Shown here one piece after another: positions 56,256-64,000 of a stretch of DNA of 64,000 bases (position 1 is the first letter of the stretch; the number at the start of each line of letters is the position of its first letter). Made by a program: the position numbers and the translations under genes. Origin of the DNA: a virus (taxonomy: Duplodnaviria; Heunggongvirae; Uroviricota; Caudoviricetes); IMG/VR virus record IMGVR_UViG_3300030332_001481, positions 259,486-323,485 of that record; one strand, written 5' to 3'. Under the pieces are notes generated by a model. The model did not search any database. It was given only the letters and a program-made list of their open reading frames with translations, and was not told the origin of the DNA.

Positions 56256-58087
56256 CACAAGGCCTTGACCCATTTGGCTTGACCGCAGTCGTAGAGCCGG
56301 TCGTACCCGAAGTCGTACCCGGTTTTGCCGCGGAACTTGGTCCGGGCGTACCGCTCTAACTCTCCTTTGACCCAGGAGAACGAGGGCTCCGGAGGGTCCT
56401 TGCTCTTCTTCACCCACCCCTGCTTGCTGAGGTAGCTGCCGTCGCCGTAGCGAAGGTCGATGAAAGTAAGGACGGACTTCGCAGATGGAAAGGCTTCCCG
56501 CACACCGTGTGTGAGGAGCCGAGAGAAACCACCCACGACGGAGGTGCCCATGGCGGGGGAAAATCTGGCCACTTCCAGCAGCTGATCCTCCTTACTCTTC
56601 CACTTGAGCTGCATCCCAGCTACGGGTTGGCCCTGGTGAAAGAGGCCGAAGGAGGAGCCCCGACCACGCCCCATGAGGTGATTCGTGTCGAAGAACGACG
56701 GGCTCAACTCAGCGAACTCAAGCTTCCGGGCAAAATGCCGGGCTGTGGATTTGCCTAGGTGGTTCATCAGGATGGAGCGACAGATCTCAGGCTTGTAGGT
56801 AAGCTCGTCGGACAGAAAGAAGAACGGACGAATGCCCCGCTTGAGGTAGCGGAGTCGCCTGTTCCGATGGTGAAACATCGCCTTTTTGCGCGCTTCTGCC
56901 TCGGGCAGATCTGCGTACCGTGACTCCAGGGCGAACATGAACCCGTGCCAATAGTTGCCCTCACACTCAATAGCTACGTTGTGGTCGGGAAGGTAGAAGT
57001 CCGGCCGCATCTTGCTGCCGGGCAGTTGAGAGTCGTGGACGTAGGGAAGCCCTTCTTCATGGAGCCACGACTCTACCAAGGCCTCAATGTTCGTCTTACC
57101 ACGGTTGCACGTGGCCACCAGGCCCTCGACGTCACCAAGGTTCCGCATGTTGGTGCGAAGGGTGATTGGCGACACCTCAAGGAGGTCCGCAAGTTCCTGA
57201 AGTGAGCGTCCCCCAAAGACCTTGGTGGTCCCGTTCTCACCCATCTTTGCCTGCCGGGTCTGCGCTGATGGTGCGAACACAAACTCCGGGTCGGAGCGTA
57301 GCTTCTTGAGGAACTTCTGCGCGGGGGCGGTCACCTCACGGTCGTCTCGCTGGTCCAGCACACGCAGGTGGACCATGGGCTTGCCGTTTCGCCTGTCTTT
57401 TCTGTCGACCTCCAGGAGCTTCAGGTGCGGCGCCTGGCTGTCGAACATGGCCTGGTACCACTCAAAGGAAGATTGCGAAGGGAGCCCAACCTTGGCAGGG
57501 AGCCGGCTCCGGTTGAGGCCCATGTCCTTCGAGATGGAAGAAATAGACTCCCCCGACGCCCACCTCTTGATGACGGTACGCGACAGCTCATCCGAAGTCT
57601 TTTCTAGCAACCCGTGAAGCACGGACCCAGGGGCGCAGGGCTCGAAGGCCGCGTCCCGGTAGACGGCTAGAGGATCATGGGGAGGATCGAAGTCGAAGTC
57701 TGGATCGGAGCCTTGCCCCAGAAGGTCTTTGAGGGGGACTTTCTCGATGCTCTCGGCCTTCAGCGATAAGGCAACTACCATGCAGGTGTCGTCGTCCCGG
57801 TAGGACGCGGAGAGGACCCTGAAACGACCCTTACCGATGGTATCGTCCAGCTTCTCCTGGCAGAGATCTTCCAGGACACCCTGGTGTTTGAACTGGTGGT
57901 AAGGGTTGACCCGAAGGCTATAACCCAGCTTGTGACCCCTTTTCTTGAAACTCCTTTTGTTGGAGTTGTCATAGAGGAGCCAGTAATCACCTTTAGGGTG
58001 AGGTAACACCCTGAGAAGCCTGAACCTATTATCGTGGGGATAGGTGGCTAACAGCTTTCTTGCTTTCTTTAACTTTTCTGAGGGCAT
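56255..58087 (-). CDS. second Hef-like free-standing homing endonuclease
   Basis: RPDFYL..VAIECEGNYWHG..FFLSDE..FARKL..FFDTNHLMG..VARFS..GGFSRLL..TFIDLRY..RLYDCG. Confidence 0.8.
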   Translation of the reverse strand: MPSEKLKKARKLLATYPHDNRFRLLRVLPHPKGDYWLLYDNSNKRSFKKRGHKLGYSLRVNPYHQFKHQGVLEDLCQEKLDDTIGKGRFRVLSASYRDDDTCMVVALSLKAESIEKVPLKDLLGQGSDPDFDFDPPHDPLAVYRDAAFEPCAPGSVLHGLLEKTSDELSRTVIKRWASGESISSISKDMGLNRSRLPAKVGLPSQSSFEWYQAMFDSQAPHLKLLEVDRKDRRNGKPMVHLRVLDQRDDREVTAPAQKFLKKLRSDPEFVFAPSAQTRQAKMGENGTTKVFGGRSLQELADLLEVSPITLRTNMRNLGDVEGLVATCNRGKTNIEALVESWLHEEGLPYVHDSQLPGSKMRPDFYLPDHNVAIECEGNYWHGFMFALESRYADLPEAEARKKAMFHHRNRRLRYLKRGIRPFFFLSDELTYKPEICRSILMNHLGKSTARHFARKLEFAELSPSFFDTNHLMGRGRGSSFGLFHQGQPVAGMQLKWKSKEDQLLEVARFSPAMGTSVVGGFSRLLTHGVREAFPSAKSVLTFIDLRYGDGSYLSKQGWVKKSKDPPEPSFSWVKGELERYARTKFRGKTGYDFGYDRLYDCGQAKWVKAL

Positions 58088-58250
58088 TATGCCTCTCCCG
58101 TTCGGTCTCGTTAGATCTGCCGTTACCAGGGTCTTTACAGGTCCGTACGTAGGAAAGTCGCTTTAGCTATGAGAACAAGGCTTTTCTTAGTGATTTCAGC
58201 TAGTTATCAGGCTTTTAGGATCGACCACTACCAAGCTCTTTTTATGCCTT

Positions 58251-58290
58251 AAAAAGAAAAGCCCCGTTCGCAGTGCGAACGGGGCTTTTC
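58251..58290 (-). terminator. intrinsic terminator after the major capsid gene
   Basis: GAAAAGCCCCGTTCGCA/TGCGAACGGGGCTTTTC hairpin followed by TTTTT on the minus strand. Confidence 0.85.
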
Positions 58291-58310
58291 TCAATGGTTT
58301 CAGCTAGTTA

Positions 58311-58841
58311 TCAGACGCGAACGCCACGATCACACGCTCGGCCATTGACGATCAGCTGCGATTGGATCTGCTCCATGAACCAACCACGACGCGCACGACC
58401 CAGGTTGTACTGGTCGATCGCCCTGGAATCCAGTTCCTTGCGCTGGAGAATCGCGCCAAGCGTCACGGGTGACGCGGTGACGTAAACCTCACCAGGCTGC
58501 AGGACCTGCAGGGTGTCGTAGCGGAAGCCGTCTGTGATGATTTCCATGCCGAGCATGGAACCAAGACGACCCTCAAGGATAAGCTCATGCTTGTGGACCT
58601 GGTCCCACCAAGCAACAAAGTCGGCATCTGCGATGATGTCATCCCAGATGTCGAAGCTGATGAGCATGGTGGACGCCGGGGTGCCCCAGCGGTTGACCTG
58701 GGTACGGAGCGTGGTCAGCACGGACGGGTTGAACGTTGTGAACATCACAAGCTCGTTGAACGTTGTGCTGGCCTGGTTGAGAAGCGCGCGGGTGATGAGG
58801 TCCTCGCGGCGAAGAATCGCCTCAAGGCCGTCCTGGAACTT
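58311..58841 (-). CDS. major capsid protein, exon 3
   Basis: Frame is open upstream of the listed ORF: KFQDGLEAILRREDLITR..EGRLGSMLGMEIITDGFR..PGEVYV..RGWFMEQ. Confidence 0.8.
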   Translation of the reverse strand, partial: KFQDGLEAILRREDLITRALLNQASTTFNELVMFTTFNPSVLTTLRTQVNRWGTPASTMLISFDIWDDIIADADFVAWWDQVHKHELILEGRLGSMLGMEIITDGFRYDTLQVLQPGEVYVTASPVTLGAILQRKELDSRAIDQYNLGRARRGWFMEQIQSQLIVNGRACDRGVRV

Positions 58842-59233
58842 CGTTGTTTGTTACTGATCAGTAGTTGGACCGTATAAATCCAACCACTAACCGGGAAGGT
58901 CATTTCTGCCTTCCTCTGCAGTTTCATGTATAGCTGCAGACCAGACTATATCTTCTACCAAGTTGGGTTCCTTGGCAGTGCCGCCCCCTGCTACGAGGTC
59001 TCCCCCGTTAGCAGCCGAATTATCGTCATGTCGTCACCAGCACTCTAGGGCTTGTTACCCTGCCCCAGGGTGCCTCCGATTTAGACTTTCGGTAGTCGTT
59101 ACGCACACCTGACAGTTTCCCGTCAGGCTTCACTCGGTGTGGCCTTGCCTGTTCCACCAGGTTCAAGGTTTCCACCGATTTCGCGGCATTTGCTAACATC
59201 CTATTGCTAGAATGAGACGAGTTAGTTGAACTT
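58842..59233 (-). mobile_element. group I intron 2 (392 nt, ORF-less, with P7.1/P7.2-type insert) in the major capsid gene
   Basis: P3 UGCCGC/GCGGCA, P4 UCGGUG/CACCGA, P7 GACUA/UAGUC, S element AAGAUAUAGUC; removal restores the frame. Boundaries are ambiguous by up to 9 nt. Confidence 0.85.
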
Positions 59234-59481
59234 CTCGTCGAGAATGTCCGTCGAGGCCTGCTCGATCTCCTTGTCCTCAATGAGGATGAAGGCACCGAGG
59301 TAGAACTCTGCCGGGTAGACCCACGGCTGACGGATGCGCTGCTCTTCGATCGCGCTGTCGCTGGTGAACTGGTACGCGACCACGTCCTTACGACGAACAC
59401 GAACACGACCGGTCTGTCCCTTTGCAAGCGGGTTCACCGCCAGAAGGCGGCGGCTGAAGCCCTGGCGACCCAGGGTCTCCC
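59234..59481 (-). CDS. major capsid protein, exon 2
   Basis: (W)ETLGRQGFSRRLL..YPAEFYLGAFILIEDKEIEQASTDILDE; in frame after both splices. Confidence 0.8.
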
Positions 59482-60377
59482 CATTGATGTTACGCTGCAC
59501 ATTTCTGTTGCAGCCTGCGTCTTCATTTATTCACGCAGATCGGACTATATCTTCACCCCTCGTAGAGGGGGACTGGTACATAGTCTCTACACCTTCCCTG
59601 CACTGATTGCTCGCGCGCACAGCGTTCAACCCTCACGGGTATCGGGCTCGGCTCGGTATTGTCTAAGGATAGTGGGCGGTAGCTTATAGTGCATGGAATC
59701 TACCATGCAGACATAGGGGGCAGCGAGGTTCCAGAACTCTTCTTGAGACTTTGCCCGAAGGTTTAAGTACCAGTATTGGTTCTGGCGCTGGATGCTGAAA
59801 CTGAGGTTGAACCTATCGTGAAGACAGGCAGCAAGTGCTTCGTTTTCAACAAGTGAGTATGCGTGAGTGGCGAACACAACCTCCCAACACTTTGCTGAGG
59901 TGTCGCGAGATTTGTCTGATCTTCCCTTCCACTTCAGACTTCCGTCATCCATGTACCATATGGCCAGCCCGAGAGGACTGAGGGAGTTTACTAGGTGCCT
60001 GTCCACTGTTCGTCTTCCTTCGAAGTATAGACGATGTCTCAGTTTACCGAACAATGGGTGTGCTTTCGCACGCAGTCTCAGTACGTCATAGCTACCGCTA
60101 ACGTAGCCTTTGCCATTTGGATAGTTGTACTTGGAGTAGGTGGTCTTACAGACCTGATTGAGGATGTCACATTTGAAATCCATCAAGTCCGTACTGTCAG
60201 CTTTGTGCTCAATGAGCACAGATGCTGTGTTTTTACCACTGGCCTCTAAGTGTGCGTCTCCGAGAGCCATCCCAATGATGGCGCCCTTCAACTCTTTTCT
60301 ATTCATCTGACCACAGATTTTCACCGAATTCTCCAGTATTTGTCATGCCCATTGCTGGACAAGGATCCTAGGAGTTA
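59482..60377 (-). mobile_element. group I intron 1 (896 nt) carrying a LAGLIDADG endonuclease
   Basis: P1 GAUCU|UA-ACUCC-UAGGAUC with a U.G pair at the 5' splice site; P10 GGGAG/CUCCU; P3 ACUGG/CCAGU; GAGACUA and AAGAUAUAGUCC; terminal G at 59482. Confidence 0.92.
59626..60306 (-). CDS. intron-encoded double-motif LAGLIDADG homing endonuclease (I-SceI-like)
   Basis: AIIGMALGDAHL and LAIWYMDDGS motifs; ORF begins between the P4 strands (P5 region). Confidence 0.9.
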   Translation of the reverse strand: MNRKELKGAIIGMALGDAHLEASGKNTASVLIEHKADSTDLMDFKCDILNQVCKTTYSKYNYPNGKGYVSGSYDVLRLRAKAHPLFGKLRHRLYFEGRRTVDRHLVNSLSPLGLAIWYMDDGSLKWKGRSDKSRDTSAKCWEVVFATHAYSLVENEALAACLHDRFNLSFSIQRQNQYWYLNLRAKSQEEFWNLAAPYVCMVDSMHYKLPPTILRQYRAEPDTREG

Positions 60378-60726
60378 AGATCTCCTCGGAGAGAACCTCT
60401 CCGAGAACCTCAAGCTTGGTGTTTGACCGGTCGTAGTAAGCTTCCCGTACCTGAGCGAGGCGCTCCTGCATGACCTCGGGGGACGCGTGACGTTCCATCA
60501 CGTTACCCTCGCGGCTCTGCTGAAGCACGTTCGCGACGACCTGCATAAGCTCCTTCTTGGAAGAAGCGTTTAGCTCGCCATTGGAACCGAACGCGGGACC
60601 TGAGCTGAGAAGCTGACGACCAGCGACACGGATACCTCCACGGAGGCCATCCTCGGAAGTCGCGGGGACGTCGGGCTGCGAACGCAGGACCTTTACGCCG
60701 GGACCAGAAGCATAGGGGTTTGCCAT
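60378..60726 (-). CDS. major capsid protein, exon 1 (spliced product 375 aa)
   Basis: 349+248+531 nt = 1128 nt in frame; size, motifs and downstream terminator fit a jumbo-phage HK97-fold capsid protein. Confidence 0.78.
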
Positions 60727-60729
60727 TAC

Positions 60730-61135
60730 TATTTCCGTTTCTTGGATTCGGTCTCGCCTTGCGGCTCAACCTCTTCCGGATTTTTGGTAACGGGTTCGGT
60801 GTGGTCTTTCTAAACCACAAGTGTGAGAACCCACTACCGGATTGTTAGCGGTTAGTAGTTACCTTATTCAGTTTTCAAGGTCGGCCAGCTGGTCAGCTGC
60901 CCCGTGGCAGCTGGTGGCCTGTTTTGGGTCTGGGTGCCCAATGAGGCTGCGGTTTATTTGGGGAGGCCATCCTTGGCCTGAAAGGTAACGTAAGGCTTTG
61001 CTTCTGGTGACCCAGCGCCGTCAAGCACTGAATCGGTGGCACTGTTGCGCCTGAGACTGGAGGACGTTGTAACGTCCCGATGGTTAAAGTATAACACCGA
61101 AACCAATTGTTGTTATTCAATGGTTCCGGTGTGTT
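60730..61135 (-). promoter_or_regulatory. long structured leader of the capsid gene with an extended -10 (TGTTATACT, 61088..61096) and a boxA-like motif (60865..60880)
   Basis: About 400 nt without a credible ORF; multiple hairpins; CCTTGAAAACTGAATA. Confidence 0.45.
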
Positions 61136-61148
61136 GAAGAGCGAGGGC

Positions 61149-61439
61149 TTACAGGAAGCGCTTTACAGCCTTGTTGTGGAGGGACCAGAGGCCGTCTTCC
61201 ACGAACTTGCGACCCACGACATGCATGCCAGCGGCGGCTCCGCTAAGCTCCGGCATGACGGTGAGTGTCTCGCTGGAGTCGGCGTAATCCACTGTGGCTT
61301 CGACGGCGGAGCTGACAGGGTCGACGGTGGTCGCGGTGATCGCCCCATCTTCCGTGTGCTCGCTCGCGTGGTAGGGAAGCTGGTAGGCTCCGTCTACAGG
61401 GGGCGCGTGCTGTGTAGGGTGGTCGATGGTGATGGGCAT
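61149..61439 (-). CDS. small hypothetical protein
   Basis: ORF adjacent to the upstream gene. Confidence 0.6.
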   Translation of the reverse strand: MPITIDHPTQHAPPVDGAYQLPYHASEHTEDGAITATTVDPVSSAVEATVDYADSSETLTVMPELSGAAAGMHVVGRKFVEDGLWSLHNKAVKRFL

Positions 61440-61440
61440 G

Positions 61441-61941
61441 CTACTTTTCCTTTTCTGGGTTTGCCTTGCCTGAAACTGAGGTGGCGAACGCCTGGCAGTA
61501 TGAGATCAACTTGGGAGCGACTCGATCTAACTGAGTCGCTTTCTTCTCTGCTTCGATGAGTGACTTTTTGGCCTTGTTGGACATCGCGAGATAGAGGGAG
61601 ATCTTGATGAGCAGCCGCGTGAAGTTCTTGTGGCCACTCTTACCCAGGTAGGAGAAGTTCACGGGCACTTTCTGCGGCTCCAGGGAGCCTAACTCGGACT
61701 TCCCCACTGCGTAGTGGGCCTCGAACGACTCGAAAATACTCTCCAACTGGTCCAGGTACTGGACTTCAATCTTGGAAGGTAGGCGAACCTGCGACAGTGA
61801 CTCCCAAGCCTGCTTGAGAAAGCTCTGCACGCGTTGGTTGTGCTCAGCCACGGATCCAGAAGAGACCTGCGCCGCTTCAGCTGCGCGCATCTGTAGCTCT
61901 TCCGCGAGAATAATCAGTTGATTTGTGTACTGGTTGGTCAT
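61441..61941 (-). CDS. hypothetical helical protein
   Basis: ORF in the operon. Confidence 0.68.
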   Translation of the reverse strand: MTNQYTNQLIILAEELQMRAAEAAQVSSGSVAEHNQRVQSFLKQAWESLSQVRLPSKIEVQYLDQLESIFESFEAHYAVGKSELGSLEPQKVPVNFSYLGKSGHKNFTRLLIKISLYLAMSNKAKKSLIEAEKKATQLDRVAPKLISYCQAFATSVSGKANPEKEK

Positions 61942-61960
61942 GACTTACTCAACGTAGCTC

Positions 61961-63658
61961 TTAGGCTAAGACATCGGAAATCGTACTGAGCCATGCCGTG
62001 TCTGTTACTCGGCCCGCTGAGCTGATGGCCGCCCAAGTAAGATCTGTAGATCCCAACCTAACGTCGACACCCCCATTCCCAAAAACAGTTTGAACACTGT
62101 TCACTCGGAGGTAGCAGCCCTCTCTCGCGAGAATGACTCTAGTACTGGCGGTAGGTAAGGTGGTTTGTGAGACGTCCCACGGAGCTACAGTTAACATGGA
62201 GTTAGCAATAGTAGTAGACGTTGCCATAGAAACATGGTTACAATCGAGCACGTTACTTGAAATGTGAGCCACGTCAAGCTTAAGTGTGCCAGTAAAGTCG
62301 GCCGTACAGTTGAAGAGATGTGCATGCCCCCGTAGAAGGGGCGTGACCCCGTTGCCGGAGAGGCTTATCCAGATAGTATCTGACAGTTCAAGTCGAACGC
62401 CCATCAGAGCAGCACCGCGGGTCCAAAGAGTGTGGTGCCCGTTTGTAAGCGTAATAGCACCACTTACAACCCCCTCCAACTGAACTTCTGATCCGGAGTT
62501 CAGGGATGCCAACGCTCTAGTAGTAATGACGCCGCTGGTATTTCGGATGCTCGAACACCAGGTTCGCCAAAGTTCCGCTTCGTCTGGGTTAAGGCCCACC
62601 ATCTCTAGGCCAGAAAGCGGTAACGCTCCCACTGCTCCTTTACTTAACTTGAAGGAGACCCCTTGAGATAACTGAACAACACCAGAGACAGAGTCTCCTA
62701 TGCCTGCGGTACCGATAAGGTCAATATCGCAAGCACCTTGTGTGACTAGAGTTTCGAATTGAATACCAACCAAGGACAATCTATACCCTGGACTTGTTGA
62801 AACTCCTAAGTTTCCCACTCTCACGGTAGGCTCTACTACATAAAGCCTGTCTGTTGTTTGTGGTACGATTGAGAACAGTGCGTTGGCATGTGTTTGGATT
62901 GTAAGTGTCTGCCCTAATCCTTCGTGAGCCACAACGCACCCGCGCCATCTTTCCTCACCAGAAGAACCATCAAAACATCGGACCTGTCTGCCTGTATATG
63001 TATCGTCAGACTCCGCAAAAGTCCCAGGGTTAAACGTGTATATGAAGCGCCGATCTCTAGTTTCAGTTGCGACGGGGGTCAGTGGTCCCTTCAAGACATC
63101 AAACCTAGGGTCTGTTGTTGAGTTGACGGAATCTGACCAACTGGCGATGTAGATGTTCCCCCAGTACGGTACCTGACTGGAGCCAAAATCTAGATAGCCA
63201 CCGAGGCTGCTGATCTGGCTTGGAGTCTGTAAAGTCACAAGAGGCCCCAGATCGTAAGGGGCTTTTACCCAAATCACAAAGGCCTTTTCGGGTGATGATG
63301 TCGCCATTGCCAAAATGGGAACATCAGCTAGAGCCCTCTCTATCGTTTTGTAGGGGTCACTTTGTGTTCCCCTACCCTCAGCGTCACTGCCGTTAGAGGC
63401 CACATAGCGCGCGGCTGGAACAGTCTGTAGCTGAGAAAGAACAAGCGATTCGAACTCGTCGTCTTCTGTTGTGGCCGTGTTTCTAACGTTGAAGTCGATT
63501 ATTCCACGTGATCTGAGCGCTATTAGCGCTGTTGAGGACGCATCCAACTCCGTTGAGGTCAGTACGTACTCCCTCACACCACCTGCGGGCAAGGTACCTA
63601 GGTCTGCATTGATGGATACAGTAGACGAGCTTGTATTCTGTACGTACAGCAGCGGCAT
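61961..63658 (-). CDS. putative virion fibre/decoration protein with a DUF1565-like motif and beta-helix-like C-terminus (start MPLLYVQN)
   Basis: YVASNGSDAEGRGTQSDPYKTIERAL motif; S/T/G/V-rich; start supported by TTATCT-N7-ATG. Confidence 0.65.
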   Translation of the reverse strand: MPLLYVQNTSSSTVSINADLGTLPAGGVREYVLTSTELDASSTALIALRSRGIIDFNVRNTATTEDDEFESLVLSQLQTVPAARYVASNGSDAEGRGTQSDPYKTIERALADVPILAMATSSPEKAFVIWVKAPYDLGPLVTLQTPSQISSLGGYLDFGSSQVPYWGNIYIASWSDSVNSTTDPRFDVLKGPLTPVATETRDRRFIYTFNPGTFAESDDTYTGRQVRCFDGSSGEERWRGCVVAHEGLGQTLTIQTHANALFSIVPQTTDRLYVVEPTVRVGNLGVSTSPGYRLSLVGIQFETLVTQGACDIDLIGTAGIGDSVSGVVQLSQGVSFKLSKGAVGALPLSGLEMVGLNPDEAELWRTWCSSIRNTSGVITTRALASLNSGSEVQLEGVVSGAITLTNGHHTLWTRGAALMGVRLELSDTIWISLSGNGVTPLLRGHAHLFNCTADFTGTLKLDVAHISSNVLDCNHVSMATSTTIANSMLTVAPWDVSQTTLPTASTRVILAREGCYLRVNSVQTVFGNGGVDVRLGSTDLTWAAISSAGRVTDTAWLSTISDVLA

Positions 63659-63665
63659 ACACACA

Positions 63666-63671
63666 AGATAA
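63666..63671 (-). promoter_or_regulatory. putative phage -10-like element TTATCT, 7 nt before ATG
   Basis: Third exact copy with the same spacing. Confidence 0.5.
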
Positions 63672-63742
63672 CTGGCTGGAACTGGGTGAGTTAGCCCATC
63701 CGTCAACCCTGGGCATAGTAGAGAGTATGGAGATTTCGTACC

Positions 63743-64000
63743 ATGGATGAAGTTACACTGCAGACGGTCAGCAAGGCGGCATACTGGGCCATCAAGCACC
63801 ACGATGGCCAGTGGCGCAAGGGAGGCGACGGTCCTCCCTACGTGACGCACTGCGCCCGCGTAGCAGAGACCGCAGCCCGCATGCTGGGAGACTCGTCTCC
63901 CAGACAGATGAATGGCAGACACGCCATCCAGTGTGTGGCGTGGCTGCACGACATCGTGGAGGACACTGCTGTCACGATCGAAGAGATTCGAGCGGAGTTC
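63743..64000 (+). CDS. HD-domain (p)ppGpp hydrolase-like protein (SpoT/MESH1 family), truncated by the window end
   Basis: Hand translation MDEVTLQTVSKAAYWAIKHHDGQWRKGGDGPPYVTHCARVA..AWLHDIVEDT. Confidence 0.88.
   Translation, partial: MDEVTLQTVSKAAYWAIKHHDGQWRKGGDGPPYVTHCARVAETAARMLGDSSPRQMNGRHAIQCVAWLHDIVEDTAVTIEEIRAEF

Noticed and set aside
58311-60726. Capsid fragments as a pseudogene, frameshift or stop-codon recoding
   Set aside because: The gaps contain complete group I core elements and their removal restores one frame; other genes use TAA, TAG and TGA as normal stops.
63659-63949. N-terminal 97 aa of the listed 662-aa ORF
   Set aside because: It overlaps the plus-strand HD hydrolase gene; the start at 63658 fits better.
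1-64000. tRNA genes, reverse transcriptase/DGR/retron, integrase or transposase
   Set aside because: No cloverleaf, YxDD RT motif or recombinase/transposase motif was recognised by eye; tRNAscan and HMM searches would be needed to exclude them fully.

Overview
This window is a 64-kb piece of a large (jumbo-type) GC-rich tailed-phage genome; no rRNA, tRNA or CRISPR array was recognised. About 1-14 kb holds accessory genes: two paralogous hypotheticals, an AAA ATPase, HicB-like proteins, a DNA methyltransferase and a T5 A1-like nuclease. About 14.7-27.8 kb (+ strand) is a replication and host-takeover operon: 5'-3' exonuclease, KhpA, dUTPase fusion, SF2 helicase, DEDD nucleases, DnaB, IF-1, beta-clamp and a metallophosphoesterase. 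About 27.8-48.8 kb (- strand) is a putative head/virion-protein operon near whose end lies a 2814-aa protein that carries sigma70 regions 1.2, 2, 3.2 and two region-4 copies in collinear order; this is the top finding. A TTATCT-N7-ATG leaderless promoter-like signature precedes the first genes of several minus-strand units. About 54-61 kb holds two Hef-like free-standing homing endonucleases and a major capsid gene split by two group I introns: one encodes a LAGLIDADG endonuclease, the other is ORF-less with an apparently non-canonical 5' splice site. The window ends in a truncated (p)ppGpp-hydrolase-like HD gene. All family calls come from motif recognition by eye, not database searches.
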